Position numbers and translations under genes: made by a program | Shown here: positions 1-13,060 of the stretch, piece by piece | Layout: every line of letters begins with the position of its first letter | Position numbering within the stretch: position 1 is the stretch's first letter | Notes under the pieces: model-generated | What the model was told of the DNA's origin: nothing | What the model saw: only the letters and a program-made list of their open reading frames with translations | Databases searched by the model: none | Origin: Octopus sinensis | Lineage: Eukaryota | NCBI RefSeq assembly: GCF_006345805.1 | Contig: NW_021832602.1 | Span: forward strand, 124,001 to 188,000 | Length of the DNA stretch: 64,000 nucleotides | Direction: 5' to 3'

Positions 1-83
1 CCTCATCAACCACCAAAGATCTCATTAAAACTCTTATTTTTTAAATAAAAAATATTTCTAATAATTACTTACCAGTAATATTA

Positions 84-413
84 TGTCACAGGCGCTGGAC
101 ATTACCGAACGCAAAGGGTTACCCCTCGTGGACTTAGAATTTGATAGAACACACAAAACAGGTTTATTTTCACAAAAAATATCGGACATAAAGTTAAGGG
201 CAAGTAGGAGGCCTTACTCACAAAGTCGTCCATTGCTATTTCCTTCTCCTCTCTAGAAACTTTCGGAACTGGCTTTAAACAAGGTCACCAATCATAGGAA
301 AAGTTTCCTGAAAGCTCGGTATTTGTCTCGTAGATTTACACCAAAGGCCACTTTGAGCGCTAATCTTCTCGTGTTTTCCAGTAGTTTAATAATTCTTGCC
401 TTAGAAGGGGACA
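84..413 (-). mobile_element. LTR (~330 bp) of an LTR retrotransposon; decayed internal region probably continues to ~1440
   Basis: TGT...ACA ends (tgtcac at 84, gggaca at 413). On the minus strand a purine tract (ggctggaagggtggatct) precedes it and AATAAA lies near its 3' end. A homologous copy is at 34395-34620. Confidence 0.6.
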
Positions 414-1447
414 AGATCCACCCTTCCAGCCTGAAACGAACAAAAACGAAAAATATTTATTTAAAAAGAGGCTGTTATTTCATTAATAAATTATCTTAAT
501 TTTTAGTTACCCAATTGTTAATAGAAAACCTAATAAATTATGCCACGTGTAAGCACGCGTTGACATTTATTGTTGTCCTTTTACATTATTTGGTCGATCT
601 TTATTTTTTTATTTAATTGGATTAGAATGAATATTTTGGGATGTAGTTTATTTTAACGGATAAATCATCTGAAATTTCATCATTTTGTAATATTTGCAAG
701 TTTATTCTTTCAATCTGTTTATTCCATTTATTTTGAAATCTCCTTTATCTCTATTTATTGAATTTCACCTTATAGAACTTTCTATCAAAAAATAAGGTGA
801 AATTCAATAAAGTTCTGTTCTTTATATTCTTATAGCAGATTTATATTTATTTGTTCCTGGATTTGTTTAAAAAGCCTGAGTTGCTTATTTTAAATTAAAA
901 AATTTTTTTTTACTTCTAATTTGAATGATAATTTCGATCATCCAGTACACGCATTTTCACCTGCAGCAATTTCTTGCATACCTGCCCCAAATTGACTGCA
1001 ACATTAAAAGATATGTTTTTATTTTTGGGACATCTAGAGAACAAAATAACCAATTTATACTTTTCTAAATGTCTTAGTACATATTTCTCATTTGATCCGA
1101 TGGTGGTAACATTAATTTTGATCTCATGTTATCCTTTTTGATACAAAACTGATGTTAGTTTATTTATTATTTTGATTCGTTTCTTGTCCGTTTTTTTCAT
1201 TGTTACGTCGGACATTCGTAATTCAACAATATTGTTTGAAAATATACTCGAAATTTGTACAATCTTTCCTTATGAAGACTCGAATTTTTGAAAAGCTTAA
1301 AATCTTCTGACTTATGTTTTAGAGGCGAGTTTGTTGACGTTCCTCCATGTTTTACCAATTCTGGTGTCTATTCGTTTTATCTCCGTCAATTCAGTTTTGG
1401 AAGTATCAGGAACCATTTGTTAAGCACCCGTGGGGAACTGTTTAGTA

Positions 1448-1560
1448 CAGCGGTTCTCAACCTGGGGTCGAAAATCAGCCCAGATCGATCGTAAGGGGTC
1501 GAAAATGAAATACTTGGGGTTCGAAAATAAATTTAATAATTTTTTCATTTTAAATTAAGT
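1448..1560 (+). mobile_element. Isolated left end of a hAT element
   Basis: cagcggttctcaac TIR followed by ggggtcg subterminal repeats; same TIR type as 9034. Confidence 0.55.
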
Positions 1561-1625
1561 TAGTTTATTTTTAAAGTGGTAAACCTTTGTTTTTTAAAAT
1601 TTTTAAAATTACCATGCTTGTTTTT

Positions 1626-1860
1626 GGCCCCCTTGGCTGAAGCTTAAGCTATGAATAATGGATCTGGGCAGTCGTGGGTTTGATTCCGAAGGAGGCTATT
1701 TTCATCCTGGGGTCAATTCTCGTTACCGTTCTCCTGCCGGCACGACACAGTTGAAAATGGGGATCTCTTACCTTCCTTCCGGTCTTAGCGTGGCGTTATG
1801 GGGTCCACCATGTCAGTTGTAAATTCCATTCGGATATGGAAACGCTCAGGAGACACTTAA
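1626..1860 (+). other. Degenerate tRNA-like sequence, possible tRNA-derived SINE head
   Basis: ggccccc/ggaggct can pair as an acceptor stem. A-box-like tggctgaagctta and B-box-like gggtttgattcc are present, but the anticodon arm is poor. Confidence 0.35.
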
Positions 1861-2152
1861 TGCCTACCATATTTTACATTATTGTTCAATGGAGGTCCGA
1901 AAATCTTATCCAAAAGTCGATGATGTGATAGCTAGCGTACAAGCTTCTATTAGGAAGAAAAAAAAGCGACAATTGTTGTTTTCAGAAACGAGGAAATTTT
2001 AGTAACTTCTACGAAGAGTCCATTGAAAAATGAGAGATTAGTACAAAGTTTATGTGCAATTTCGCATTGCTATTCACATGTTCCAGGTTGTTCTTAAATA
2101 GTAATTTATAGAAAAAATATTAAAATTTGAGAGTAACGAATGCACAATAGAC

Positions 2153-4328
2153 CAGTGTTTCTCAACGTTGGGCCCCAGGCCCACTTGTGGGCCTGAGAAA
2201 TTTTGAAATGGGCCTGAAGATTTAATTGGGCCTGGAGTGGGCCTCAAAGAAAATATGTTAATACTAATACTAATAAATCTTTATTCGTTATTATTTTCAA
2301 ATTGATTTGATTTGTTTTTAATTTAATGATATTGTCATATTTAAATTTAAATATTATAGGCCTGATTGTATAGTTCATGTCAAAAGTACACAAGGAAAAA
2401 AGGAAGACTACACGCAAATACCAGACTGATTTTTTATTACTAGGCTTCATCCCATCAAGTGCTGATTCTAAGAGGCCTGAATGTGTGGACTGTGGCTTAG
2501 TAATGACAAATGTTTCCATGAAGAAATCAAAATTGTTCGCCCATCAACAGTTGAAGCATCCTGCTTCTGTTGGAAAGGAGCGCAGCTATTTCAGGAAGAA
2601 AGTGGAGTTACGCCAAAAGAATGCTCCAAAAACTTTAGAATTCTGCTTAAAAAAAGCAAATGAGCATAATAACAAGACACTAAAAGTCAGTTATGCAGTG
2701 AGTGAACTGGTTGCTAAGGTGGGGAAGCCACATACAATTGCAGAACGTCTGGTGAAGCCAGCAATGTTGATCTGTGCTAAAGAACTGCTAGGAGAACAGG
2801 CTGCCAACATTCTACAAAAAATCCCATTGTCTAATGACACAGTGAAGAGAAGGCAAATTGAAATGGCAGAAAACCTCGAGAAACAGCTTGTGGAAAAATT
2901 AAAAGTTTCTAAGTTCTCACTACAAATTGATGAGACAACAATCAACAATTCTGCCTTATTACTTACTTATGTCCGATATATTGATGCAATGGGAATTCAT
3001 GAAGAAATGTTATTTATAAAAAAGTTGATTGACACACGAAGCGACACTATATATGCGGCTGTTTACGACTATCTGTACGATAATGGGATCCCTCTGTCAA
3101 ATCTGTTGCAGATTGCAACAGACGGTGCCAGCGCTATGACCGGCAAACAGAATGGCTTTGTAGCTAATTAAAAAAAGTTGCCCCTCATATATTGGCAATT
3201 CATTGCATCATCCATCGAGAACATCTTTGTGCTAAATCTCTCAATGATGACATGGAACATGCATTGAAAGTCGCTGTTTCAACAGTGAATTTTGTCAAAG
3301 CCAATGCTTTGCATGACCGCCTATTTCAACATTTATGTGAACATGAGGACCACCAGAGACTCCTCATGCACACTGAAGTGAGATGGCTTTCCAAAGGAAA
3401 TTCCCTAGTTCGTCTTGCTGAAATGTGGGATATGGTTCTTATTTTTGTTCATGACATGAAAACACAAGCTTGTAGCAAGAAGCAGAAAGATAAAGCTGAG
3501 ACTTTGTTTTCAGTGATAAATAACAACGATACAAAAGCAAGGATTTTTTACCTGGCTGACTTATTCGCACATGTCAACCAACTGAACATGACACTGCAAG
3601 GGCGAAATGCTAATCTGATAGATAGTGCTGAGAAAGTACGCTCTTTTTTGAACAAGTTATGTCTCTGGAAGATGCATCTTCAAAAAAATGAATTTGCTTA
3701 TTTTTGTAATTTTGCCAAAACTGCTCCGAGCTCAGAAGTAATCGCAAGCTGCACTGACCACTTGAAATGCTTGAAAGAAGATATGACTAGAAGATTTAAA
3801 GATATCATCGAAATGAATCCGCCTAGTTGGATTATAGATATAGCACATTTTGACGTATTAAGTGAAAAAGACATTGATCCTATTATTGCTGGAGAACTTC
3901 TTGAACTGAAGGAGAACAAGTATTAATGAAAAATATTGAAAGGGATGGCTTATATGGATGGATGAAAGTAGAATCGATTCATCCATTACTCTTTGAAAAA
4001 GTTGTTCCGTTGTACTTGGCTTTCCCACCACTTGGTTGGTTGAGACAGGATTTTCTGCAACAAACGATTTACTCACAAAAAAACGCAATCAATTGCAGAT
4101 TGAGAAGAGAGGAGACTTACGTTTGAGGTTGAACCAAGATCTGGAAATTCAACTTGACAAATTGATAGATAGACATCAAGAGCAGTGTAGTCATTGACAT
4201 TTTAATAAGATTTTTTATGTTAATAAAAATACTTTTTTGTTAATCAAAGTTTTATTAAAGGCAATGGGCCTGAGATTTTATATGACCCTGAAAATGGGCC
4301 TCAGGGAAAAAAAGGTTGAGAAACACTG
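2153..4328 (+). mobile_element. Near-complete hAT (Buster/ZBED5-SCAND3-like) transposon
   Basis: TIR cagtgtttctcaac...gttgagaaacactg; 8-bp TSD caatagac (2145-2152, 4329-4336); gggcctg subterminal repeats. Confidence 0.95.
2377..4197 (+). pseudogene. Buster-type hAT transposase with about 3 single-base frameshifts (possibly sequencing errors)
   Basis: BED finger (CVDC...H...H), FSLQIDET, ATDGASAMTG, HCIIHREHL, HTEVRWLSKG, and FPTTWLVETGFS after frame repair; ends QEQCSH*. Confidence 0.9.
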
Positions 4329-4695
4329 CAATAGACTACGCATATTCGACTCTTAGTGTAATGGAATTTGGGAAAGATAATTAGAGGTCAAAAATATTTG
4401 GAGAAGAGAATTTCTGAAATAAGTTTTGTCTTCTATTGTCTCGTATAAAGTTTAAACTAAGAACTTTTAAAGTTTAAGTTGAGAAAAAATAAAATTAATT
4501 TTTTTAATTTTAAAGTTAAAAATTTTGGTTTATAGACAACAAAAATTTTTTTCGATAATCGATGAGACTCAAATCCGAAACCAACAATATGTCGCGGTTT
4601 TGGTGAGATCAATCAAACTCCCTATAGGTTAATAAAGTTAACTTTTTAAGGTTACATTTTTCCAATTTTTAAGGTTAAAAAATGTTCGCCCTAGT

Positions 4696-5190
4696 CATTA
4701 TCAAATGATGCAATGAAACCGTCAAAATTGTTGGATCATCTTAGATGAAAACATTCGGATAAAAAGGATAGACCATTAGAGTACTTCGAAAAATTAAAGG
4801 ATTCACTTCGTAAACAAAAAACGATTGACACTGTTTTTACAAATAGCAATGAAAGAAGTTGTTATTATTTAAAATTATATATAGGAGGACTAATTGCATT
4901 TATAAAATCGCAATGATTATTGCCAAAAATGAGAGTTCCCACGTTTCTGGTGAAAATCTCATCAAACCATCTATATCAGTGATTCTATCAGATTTGATGG
5001 GTTTAAATCCTGACGAAATTTTAAAATCTGTAGCAATTAGCAATAATTCAGTTCACCGCAGGATTGACGAAATGTCTGATAATGTTGAACATATTTTATG
5101 TGAAAGGCTTAAAAATACTATTTTTGCGCTTCAAATTGACGAAAGTCATATATGTGACAACCAATCAATTCTATGGGATATGTCAGATTA
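4696..5190 (+). mobile_element. hAT transposase N-terminal remnant with a 27-nt intron (4858-4884)
   Basis: SNDAMKPSKL, GENLIKP, SNNSVHRRIDEMS, FALQIDES. Confidence 0.7.
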
Positions 5191-5399
5191 ATCTTATTAA
5201 ATGCTTACCCTTTAAGATATTTTGACGATCGACAAATGACGACGAAAATAATAACTTAACATCGAGTTTGTTCATTAAGTTTTGTTTTGTTTGATTATTA
5301 ATAATGAATTCATTTTAGTTAGTTAGTTAACTAATTTTAGTTAGTATTGTCTGTTGTATATAAAAATATCAGTTAGTATTCTCTGTTGTATTGGAAAGC

Positions 5400-5562
5400 A
5401 TGCGCCCGGAGTATAAACTCCTTCCTACAGCGGAGAAGCATGCAATTAAATCGGAGTCGAGAACAATCACAAAAGTGGCCTGCCCTGTAAAATGGATAAG
5501 TTTACCCGTCGAAGACATTTGCTCGGGCTTGAAGAGGAGGAAAATCGACTGAAAGCAGACTA
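5400..5562 (+). mobile_element. 3' tip of an R4/Dong-like LINE
   Basis: Homologous to the reverse complement of 41443-41560 (ccctgtaaaatggat...aaaatcgactgaaagcagac). Confidence 0.55.
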
Positions 5563-6195
5563 AAGAAAGGTATTTACCTTGTTATCGAGTGTATAGTATA
5601 ATGCTCGACAAAAATACCTTTTTATTTGTCACTGTACGTGCAAATATTATACTTATCACACAGTTCTTACATTTTGAAATTCTTAAATTCTTTCGTTATC
5701 AGAATGATAGGTGGTCCAACAAATAGATAATCGTTTTAATAGCCTCAACCATGGCATACTTATTAATATTATAAATACCCGGGAATATGATTTGTTCATT
5801 GATGAATAACGTTCTAAATCGACTGAGTCTGCAATATATCTGCTCGTAATGATGGGTGTTATCTCTGGTTTGGCGTTGATTAATCAAAGGTACATCTGCA
5901 ATCTCTATCCTTCTCAGATTATAATACGTGCATTCTTAGCTTTCTATACACATCACCTACGAGAATGTACGGAATTTCATTCTTAAAGACAATTGATCTG
6001 GATATTCTGAGGCATTGGCTGGGACTTACACTCATTATCGAAGACACTCAACCAATACAAGTAAATTTATAGTTGATTTTGTTCACAGAAAATATAATTT
6101 AATAATTAATATAACATAAATTTTTTAAATATTTTTTTTAAAAATCAATTAAAAAATAATAAATATATTTTTCCACATATCTTTTAGTGGTCCAA

Positions 6196-8411
6196 ATGGA
6201 TCAGACATTTAAATTCTCCAAATACACAGAAATAATGAAGACCAAATTCCTCAGCCAAATAAACTTCAACTCGGCATCCAAGAAGGTAATAAAAACCTAA
6301 AAAAAATATTTACCAGCTACTCGTATGGGACCACACCCTCAAAGACCTAATCGGCATGTTAATCGACATAGAAAGCATTCAAGTCAAACAACCTAAAATA
6401 ACACTCAGAATGAGTGGACATCCTCCACAACAGTCTCCCGCCTCACCACCCACACGAAGGACTACTCCACAATAATATTCATCCTCCGTCCCCACGTCCA
6501 CACTCTCGACAAAGTGACCTCCTATATCGAAATGTAATTCTCATCCACTCAACCACAGCCACGAATCCTCGAATGCACCAAAAGTTGATTTCCAGTTTAT
6601 TTTCGTGCCGCAAGTGACCCAAGTGTGCAGAGAAACCCTGAAAGGTCTGTTGGCGGAGGTGGAGAGTGGCATATCCTCGTTTCCACTGTTCCTTCACCCC
6701 ACAAGTCCTCATGTTTTGTCGATGGAGAGGGAGAATGCCTTCCGAGTAGTCATGTTGGGACATGTAGGACATATTTCTGGAGAATGACAATGTCGCTCTC
6801 TTTGAGGTGAGTTCTGCACTCGTCGAACTGCAGAGGACTTATGGGGTTGTGGGGGAAATATATGGGAAGGGACTTAAAGCCAAGGTTAGCCTCATTTAAT
6901 CACTTTATTAATATAGTTCTAGTTATTAGTATATTATTTAATGCTTAATCCGCTATGCAACAACAATATTCATACTTGAATGTACCAGTACAAACAATTT
7001 AAATCTATTAATTAATGTGTGCCAATCTAAAATTATATCTTAAATAAATTAATTATTACTTTTAAACTAATATTTTTAGTCAGTAGTGAATATGATGTTG
7101 ACACTTATGGAAGGAGACTTTCCGAGAAGCATGATTGACGGACTGATCCTCTTCGAGCGTCCCTCTGACTTCCTTTCCTGTCTGATGACCCAACTGACGT
7201 ACGACGGACTTATCCACGAGTGTGTCCCCGTCTCCAGAGGTCCCCAGACTGGGTCATTCTCAGGTCAAGCCGAGTTCGACGATCCCCGATTTGCTCGACC
7301 CGGCAACCCTGAAACACGGAGAAATGTCGCCTTAGATCCAAATGACGTCATTTTCCGTGAAATTACCGGGAAGAGTTACAATGCGGTGGGACATTTGTTG
7401 AGTCTGAAATCGCGGGAACTCAATCGAGACTGTGAGCGGGGGATGACTCACAATCTGGCACAAATGAAGGAATTCACATCCAGGATTGAATCCGTGCTTG
7501 ATCTTAAAACAAGTCTGGCAACACGTCACTAATTTTGGCCGTAATTTCTTAGACATTACAATCGCGGAGATTCTCTCAGATTATGTGAACGACCCGAAAT
7601 TCCGTGAAAACATCGGCACGGAACAAGGTTGGGAAATGAGTGTGAGAGACAGCGTTTGTTCGGGGAGAGGGCATCGATCGAATGAAAAACTCGGTGGAGG
7701 ACGCCATAATCCGTGGAGATGACCTGACTAGGACTCTCCGCCTGGTTTGTCTTCAGTGTGTCTGCAATGGCGGCTTCGACTTCAAACTGTTGCAGGATTA
7801 CAAACGAGAACTCATTCAGGTGTCCACTTTGCTTATTCTCAGAGTTATGGGTTTGGTCAGATATTCATTACTCTTGCCAATTTGCAGAAGGTAGGACTAT
7901 TGGCGCAGGGGGGAAAGAAGAAACAGTCAGTTTTGTCTTTGTGTCCCCCAATGGAGGACGTCGATGAGGTCAATCCGTCTGATCCTTCCTACGTCTTTGC
8001 AATCTACGCTCCACTTATTTCCCGATTATGTCCTGCCATTTTCCGAAATCGGAGTCTGGACTTACTAAAGGCTGTTCCCGGTCCCACAGTGTTGTACTCG
8101 CAGACGCAAGGGGAGAAGACTTGGCTTAAACGGAGTGTGTTGGTTTTGGGTTGACGTAGGCGATTCGATTGTGTCCTTGAGTTCTCGGCGGTCGAATGTG
8201 GTGGACACGAAGGTGGTTCTCGTTTTTTTCATTGGGGGAGTGACACAAGCTGAGATTGACGCACTTCGGTTTTTGTCGGGGCAATCAAGTCAGTTTAATT
8301 TTTTTGGAGGAATTAGATGGCTGTGAGTATGTGATTGGGGCTACCAATATTATCAACGGGACGGATTTGATCAACTCATTAGCCGAGCCCCTTGAATTTT
8401 CCATGACATAA
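6196..8411 (+). CDS. VPS33: Vacuolar protein sorting 33 (Sec1/Munc18 family), about 12 exons
   Basis: Removing introns 6286-6316, 6383-6408, 6534-6558, 6746-6767, 6885-7079, 7240-7263, 7525-7552, 7628-7652, 7820-7842, 8135-8159 and 8289-8316 gives an open frame. Motifs: IIFILRP, FIFVP, LSME, IYGKG, LMTQLTYDGLI, SYVFAIYAPLISRL, LVFFIGGVTQAEIDALRFL, ATNIING. Stop TAA at 8409-8411. Confidence 0.92.
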
Positions 8412-9033
8412 TCAGATTTTTATAACACAATATTTTTCTAATTTTCATTATGACTTTAAATTATTATTTACGGCCACAGGGCCGATAGGACCATTTGGTC
8501 ACACAAAACATTTAACCACGTACTTTCACGCAAACAAGGGTGAAGTGTTGCGCTGCTCATTTCCACGTGTTTTTTCGCTTATCACTTTAAACAATTTTTG
8601 TCATTCAAAATATAATGCACTTGACTATTTCAATCAAATGGGTTTGAGATCGACCTACATTTTGGGAATTTCTGAAAAGAATTCAATCACCCAATGCCTA
8701 TTGTGAAACAAACTCCCAAATTGAACATGAAATTTAGAAACGACATTTAGAAAGGGATACAAATTACAGGCAATAAATATTTATATTTAGTTAAACCGGA
8801 AATAACCAATTGTACGTATTCGACAGGCTCTTTAAAATCAGTTTTGATAAAAAATATAAATAATTGGAGAACAAATATACAAAATTCGAAACAACAAACG
8901 ATGTAAATTCACAATAATTTTTAAAAACGGACCAAAATAATAACTTTTATTGTTTTTTGTGCTGCACAAGCTTTGTCGTGATTCGTGGCATCGCGAAAGT
9001 GCATAAATAATACTCTATTTTGTATTTATAGGG

Positions 9034-9940
9034 CAGCGGTTCTCAGCCTTTTTTAGACTGGGGACCACTTTTGCACTATAAAATTTTGTGGGGACCACCT
9101 TAAATAAAATAAACATTTTTTGGTATTAGCGCACAATTTTTGGCCTCGTCAGGGCCAGGTTTAGACATGTTCGAATATTTATTATAAAAATAACATGAAC
9201 ATTATGAAAATAACAGAAAATTTAATAGTAATTTAGTGAGATTTCTGATCTTGTTTGCTCAGAATAATTTTACTTATATCAGGCTCTATGTTCGACAAAG
9301 CTACTCGCATATCATCTTGTACCCGTAGTCTATTTCTATATTTTGTTTTTAGAAAAGTCAGACACGACATCGCCATTTCACAGTGATAAGTAGTGGGGAA
9401 TGCAAGTATTGATTCCAATGCAGTTTTACTCAAAATGGGGAATTCTTTCGCCATCTGACACCTAACAATAAAAAGTAATTATTAATGAGAATACCAAAAA
9501 TCTAATAATGAAGTACATTTGAAAATAATCTAAGCAGACTGATTACATTGAAGTTCAATCAAGCTCTGCTGAAAATTGAGATTGGGGCAATGAATTTAGT
9601 GAATCCAAATTGTACGTAAGAATCCGACCAAAGACGACGATTCTTGTTAACCATAACTAGAATGATAAACCACGCTAATCAAATCAGATTAATTTCAATG
9701 TTTTTGATTTATACTTAATTGTACAATTAGTTTTAAATTTAATATATTGTTATTTTTCGAAAATTCCGGGGGACCACTAAAAATTTTCTGGGGACCACGA
9801 TTGAGAACCGCTTGATTAATTTCAATGTTTTTGATTTATACTTAATTGTACAATTAGTTTTAACTTTAATATATTTTTATTTTTCGAAAATTCCTGGGGA
9901 CCACTAAAAATTTTCTGGGGACCACGGTTGAGAACCGCTG
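9034..9940 (-). mobile_element. Non-autonomous hAT (Buster-like) with a duplicated terminal segment
   Basis: TIR cagcggttctca...tgagaaccgctg; TSD ttataggg (9026-9033, 9941-9948). Dimerisation-domain remnant FPTTYHCEMAMS with a 33-nt intron at 9462-9494. About 125 bp of the end is tandemly duplicated (9687-9812 and 9813-9940). Confidence 0.9.
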
Positions 9941-9945
9941 TTATA

Positions 9946-12023
9946 GGGTTTTCGGATCAATATAATAATTTTTCGAACCAATATAATAATTTTTAAATTA
10001 AATAAAATTTAAATTTTATTGACCTGAATTTACTGTTAATGGATTCACATAATCAAAATGCTTCTGAATATTCAATCGAACCAGCGATGGTTCGCCGACA
10101 AATAATATCTAATGATGTGAGAGAAAGTATAATAAACAAATCTTTAGATGGATATTCAACCAAAGATATTGCTCAACTGTTCGACAAGAAATATCAAACC
10201 GTTAACAGTATTTTGAAAAAGTTCTTTAAAACGGGGGAAGTTATTCCATCTAAACGTGGTGGAGATAGAAGGTCTAAGCTAACAGACGAAATGAAACAAG
10301 AATTAGTTGAATATGTTGATGAAGATTGCACCAGATCTTTGAAGGATTTGTGCGAATGGATATTTTTCAAATTTAATTTGAAATTATCAGTGAGCACCGT
10401 CTCCAAGGCTTAAAATTTTTTTCATTATACTCTTAAAAGAGTTACATTAATACCAGAAAGAAGAAACTCAGTTTCAACTATAGAAAGCAGAAGACAATAT
10501 GCAACAGATTTCACAAATTTGGAAGCTTTGCATAATGATAAAGCTTTAATATTTTTGGATGAAGTTGGCTTTAAGGTCATTAGACCTTCTCGAGGAAGAA
10601 GTAAAGCTGGACATTCGGCATATTTATCAGTTTCGGCATCCCGCAGTCGAAACATATCGGTGGTAGCTGCAATGAATAAATATGGGATGTTATTCCATAA
10701 AATTCATGATAAGGCAGTTAACGGAGAAGATTTCAAAACCGTTTTACTAAAAATAAAAGCATTATGTTTATCGAAAGATATTACTAATCCTATTTTTGTT
10801 ATGGATAATGCGAGGATTCATCACTACCGTGGACTGGAAAATGGTACTGAAGTATCAACTATAATCAGGAAATTTTTGCCACCATACTGTCCATTTTTAA
10901 ATCCTATTGAAAATATTTTTTTCAGTATGGAAAAACTTGGTAGTCCGTGGTAAAGCCAAGAATGAAAAAGATCTTAGATGCCTAATTACATCTAAATTCA
11001 ACGAAATAACAAGTGAACATTGCGGATCCTTCTACAGAAAGATGTTAACGTATTTGAATAGATGCTCAAATTCTGAAGTGATTCAAGAATAACGATAATT
11101 TATTCTTTTTGATCTTTTTTTCTTTGAATTTCTTTGAAATTAAAAATTATTATATTGATTCAAAAAATTATTAGGTACTTGTAGATTTCATGCTGCACGA
11201 AATAAGGCTCTGAATAACCTATTAACAAGAATAAAGTAATTACAATTACCCTTCCATTTGTCAGAGTATATAACTGAACCCGGTGCGATATTTCGCTGTA
11301 TCGCGGCTGTCAAAGTTCTTTTCGTGCGATCTGGAACCATCTCCAGGAAACACTCATTACTTCCTCGACAGATTCCCCCAAACACCCATTGTTGAGGGAG
11401 AATCCGTCCTGCATTATTCTTTCTTTTTGAATAGAATTTTTATGGAGAAGGCAAGTGAGCCATTTGGACAACGCTTTCGACGAATTATTAGACGCAATCG
11501 TTGGATATCGCCCACCGAACGTCACACTACGTCGAAACAACTGAACTTTTTTGACTTTAATAACTTTTTTACTTTGTCGGTATAGTCTTAACACCATTAA
11601 GACGTTAAGAATTCAAAATTTTATTTAAAAAAATTTATAATAACGTGGAATATTTATTAATAAGTAAAAAATAAAATTTCTTAGAATTTCAGATAGAAAA
11701 TCATTATCATAATCTTAAGCTGCTGATGATCGAGAAGACGTTGCCTCTCAGGATCGCAATGGATATTCTTTGGAACAACCATTGCTTCTCCCGATTCGGC
11801 ATTGTTCATTTTTTTCATAATAATATTTACAAATTTATAATAATATTTACAAATTCGGCATTGTTCATTTTTTTTAATTTTTCATATTTTTAATCAAAAA
11901 AATTTTCCAAAATTAAGTTAGAGCCTTATTTCGTGCAGCATGAAATCTACAAGTACCAATTATTATATTGGTTCGAAAAATTATTATATGATTCGAAAAA
12001 TTATTATATTGATCCGAAAACCC
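9946..12023 (+). mobile_element. IS630/Tc1-superfamily DD34E transposon; transposase 10039-11092 with 2 homopolymer frameshifts
   Basis: TIR gggttttcggatcaatataataatt...aattattatattgatccgaaaaccc flanked by TA. HTH region, FLDEVGF, and FVMDNARIHH...LPPYCPFLNPIE with 34 residues between the second D and E. Confidence 0.9.
11174..11957 (-). mobile_element. Merlin (IS1595/ISXO2-like) element, internally deleted, nested in the right subterminal repeats of the IS630-like element
   Basis: 38-bp perfect TIR ggtacttgtagatttcatgctgcacgaaataaggctct; 8-bp TSD aattatta; VFGGICR...VPDRTKRTL...IYSDKWKG|YS with a 31-nt intron at 11219-11249. Confidence 0.9.
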
Positions 12024-12189
12024 TATATTAATCCGTCTGTTATCTGTTGGAGCCGCAGAGTTTAGACTAGTTTAGCGAAGATAAATTATTCTTTCCTTAA
12101 CTGCCATTAGGATTGACTCTACAACTTTTTTGGAGACATAATTAAATTTAAAATCAATCCTTGTAAATGGATACGTAACCATTATTAAA

Positions 12190-13060
12190 AAAGAAACTAA
12201 TCAACTAAGTAATTTTACTAACTAAGTCCAGAGCCTTCGAAGTGAGCAGAAGGTGGCACTCCACGGACCTCCTCCCCTTCTTCCTCCTCTTCTCTGGAAC
12301 TGTAGACCTTCGAGAAGGTGCAGTCCAGCGCCTCTCGTTGACTAAACGTCAGGAAAGGGCTGGATCGGCGAGCATCAAACGAGACACTTAACAGAGTCCT
12401 CTTAAGAACAGTTGACTGTATATAAGCCTGTAGAGACTTATCTACATCCAACTGTCTTAAGTACCGCTTGTGGTATTTGGTGACCAGTCCATCCCATGTC
12501 ATCACACACGGGATGACATGGACTTTGCACTGGTGCATCAGTCCTAGCTCGTTTGCAAGGAGGTCATACTTCCTCCTTTTCTCCACTTCCACTATCTGGA
12601 AACGGTCTAGGCACGTGATGCCCACCTCCACGATAACAATCTCCCCGGTGACCTTATCGTGGACCACAATATCGGGTCTGTTGTGCTGGACAACGATCGA
12701 GGTGCGTATGGGGGTATCCACTTTAATGCACACCCGCGAGTTCTCACACACCGATTGAACTCGATGGGTTCGCAACTTTCTGGACCGCCTCAAGCCATAC
12801 TTATTGCAGAGCAAAAGATGGAGGAACCTCACCACCTCGTTATGCCTCCATGTGTAATCATGGTAAAGCATACTCCCGCACTTCGTGGCTAAATGGTCAA
12901 CGGTCATTGCCTTACTCTTACAGTGGTTACACTGTTTCCGTTGACCATTAAAAAAGTTTCTATCCTGCAAATATGAGAACAACCCTTCTGATCGGGGAGA
13001 GTTATTCCTATATTTCAGCCACGTTGATGACGACGATATGTCAATGTGCGGGTTGTCACA
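12190..13060 (-). mobile_element. 5'-truncated R4/Dong-like non-LTR retrotransposon (RLE type)
   Basis: CNHC...HLATKC zinc knuckle, RHNEVV, HNRPDIVV, IVEVGIT, K.RKYDLLA. Confidence 0.85.

Larger units (their letters stand above)
1866..4695 (+). mobile_element. Decayed DUF659/CGGBP-like hAT-related transposon, interrupted by the 2153-4328 element
   Basis: 1866-2152 and 4329-4695 match the reverse complement of 44700-45560 (HIL-HYCSMEVRKSYPKVDDVIASVQ). Confidence 0.75.

Noticed and set aside
5690-6060. Possible GPCR-like transmembrane fragment
   Set aside because: It has multiple stops and no consistent spliced frame, so a call cannot be supported.
9946-12023. Bacterial IS630/IS1595 contamination or recent bacterial HGT
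   Set aside because: The elements are nested with eukaryotic TEs and have proper TSDs. The Merlin copy has a spliceosomal intron, and eukaryotic members of both families are known.
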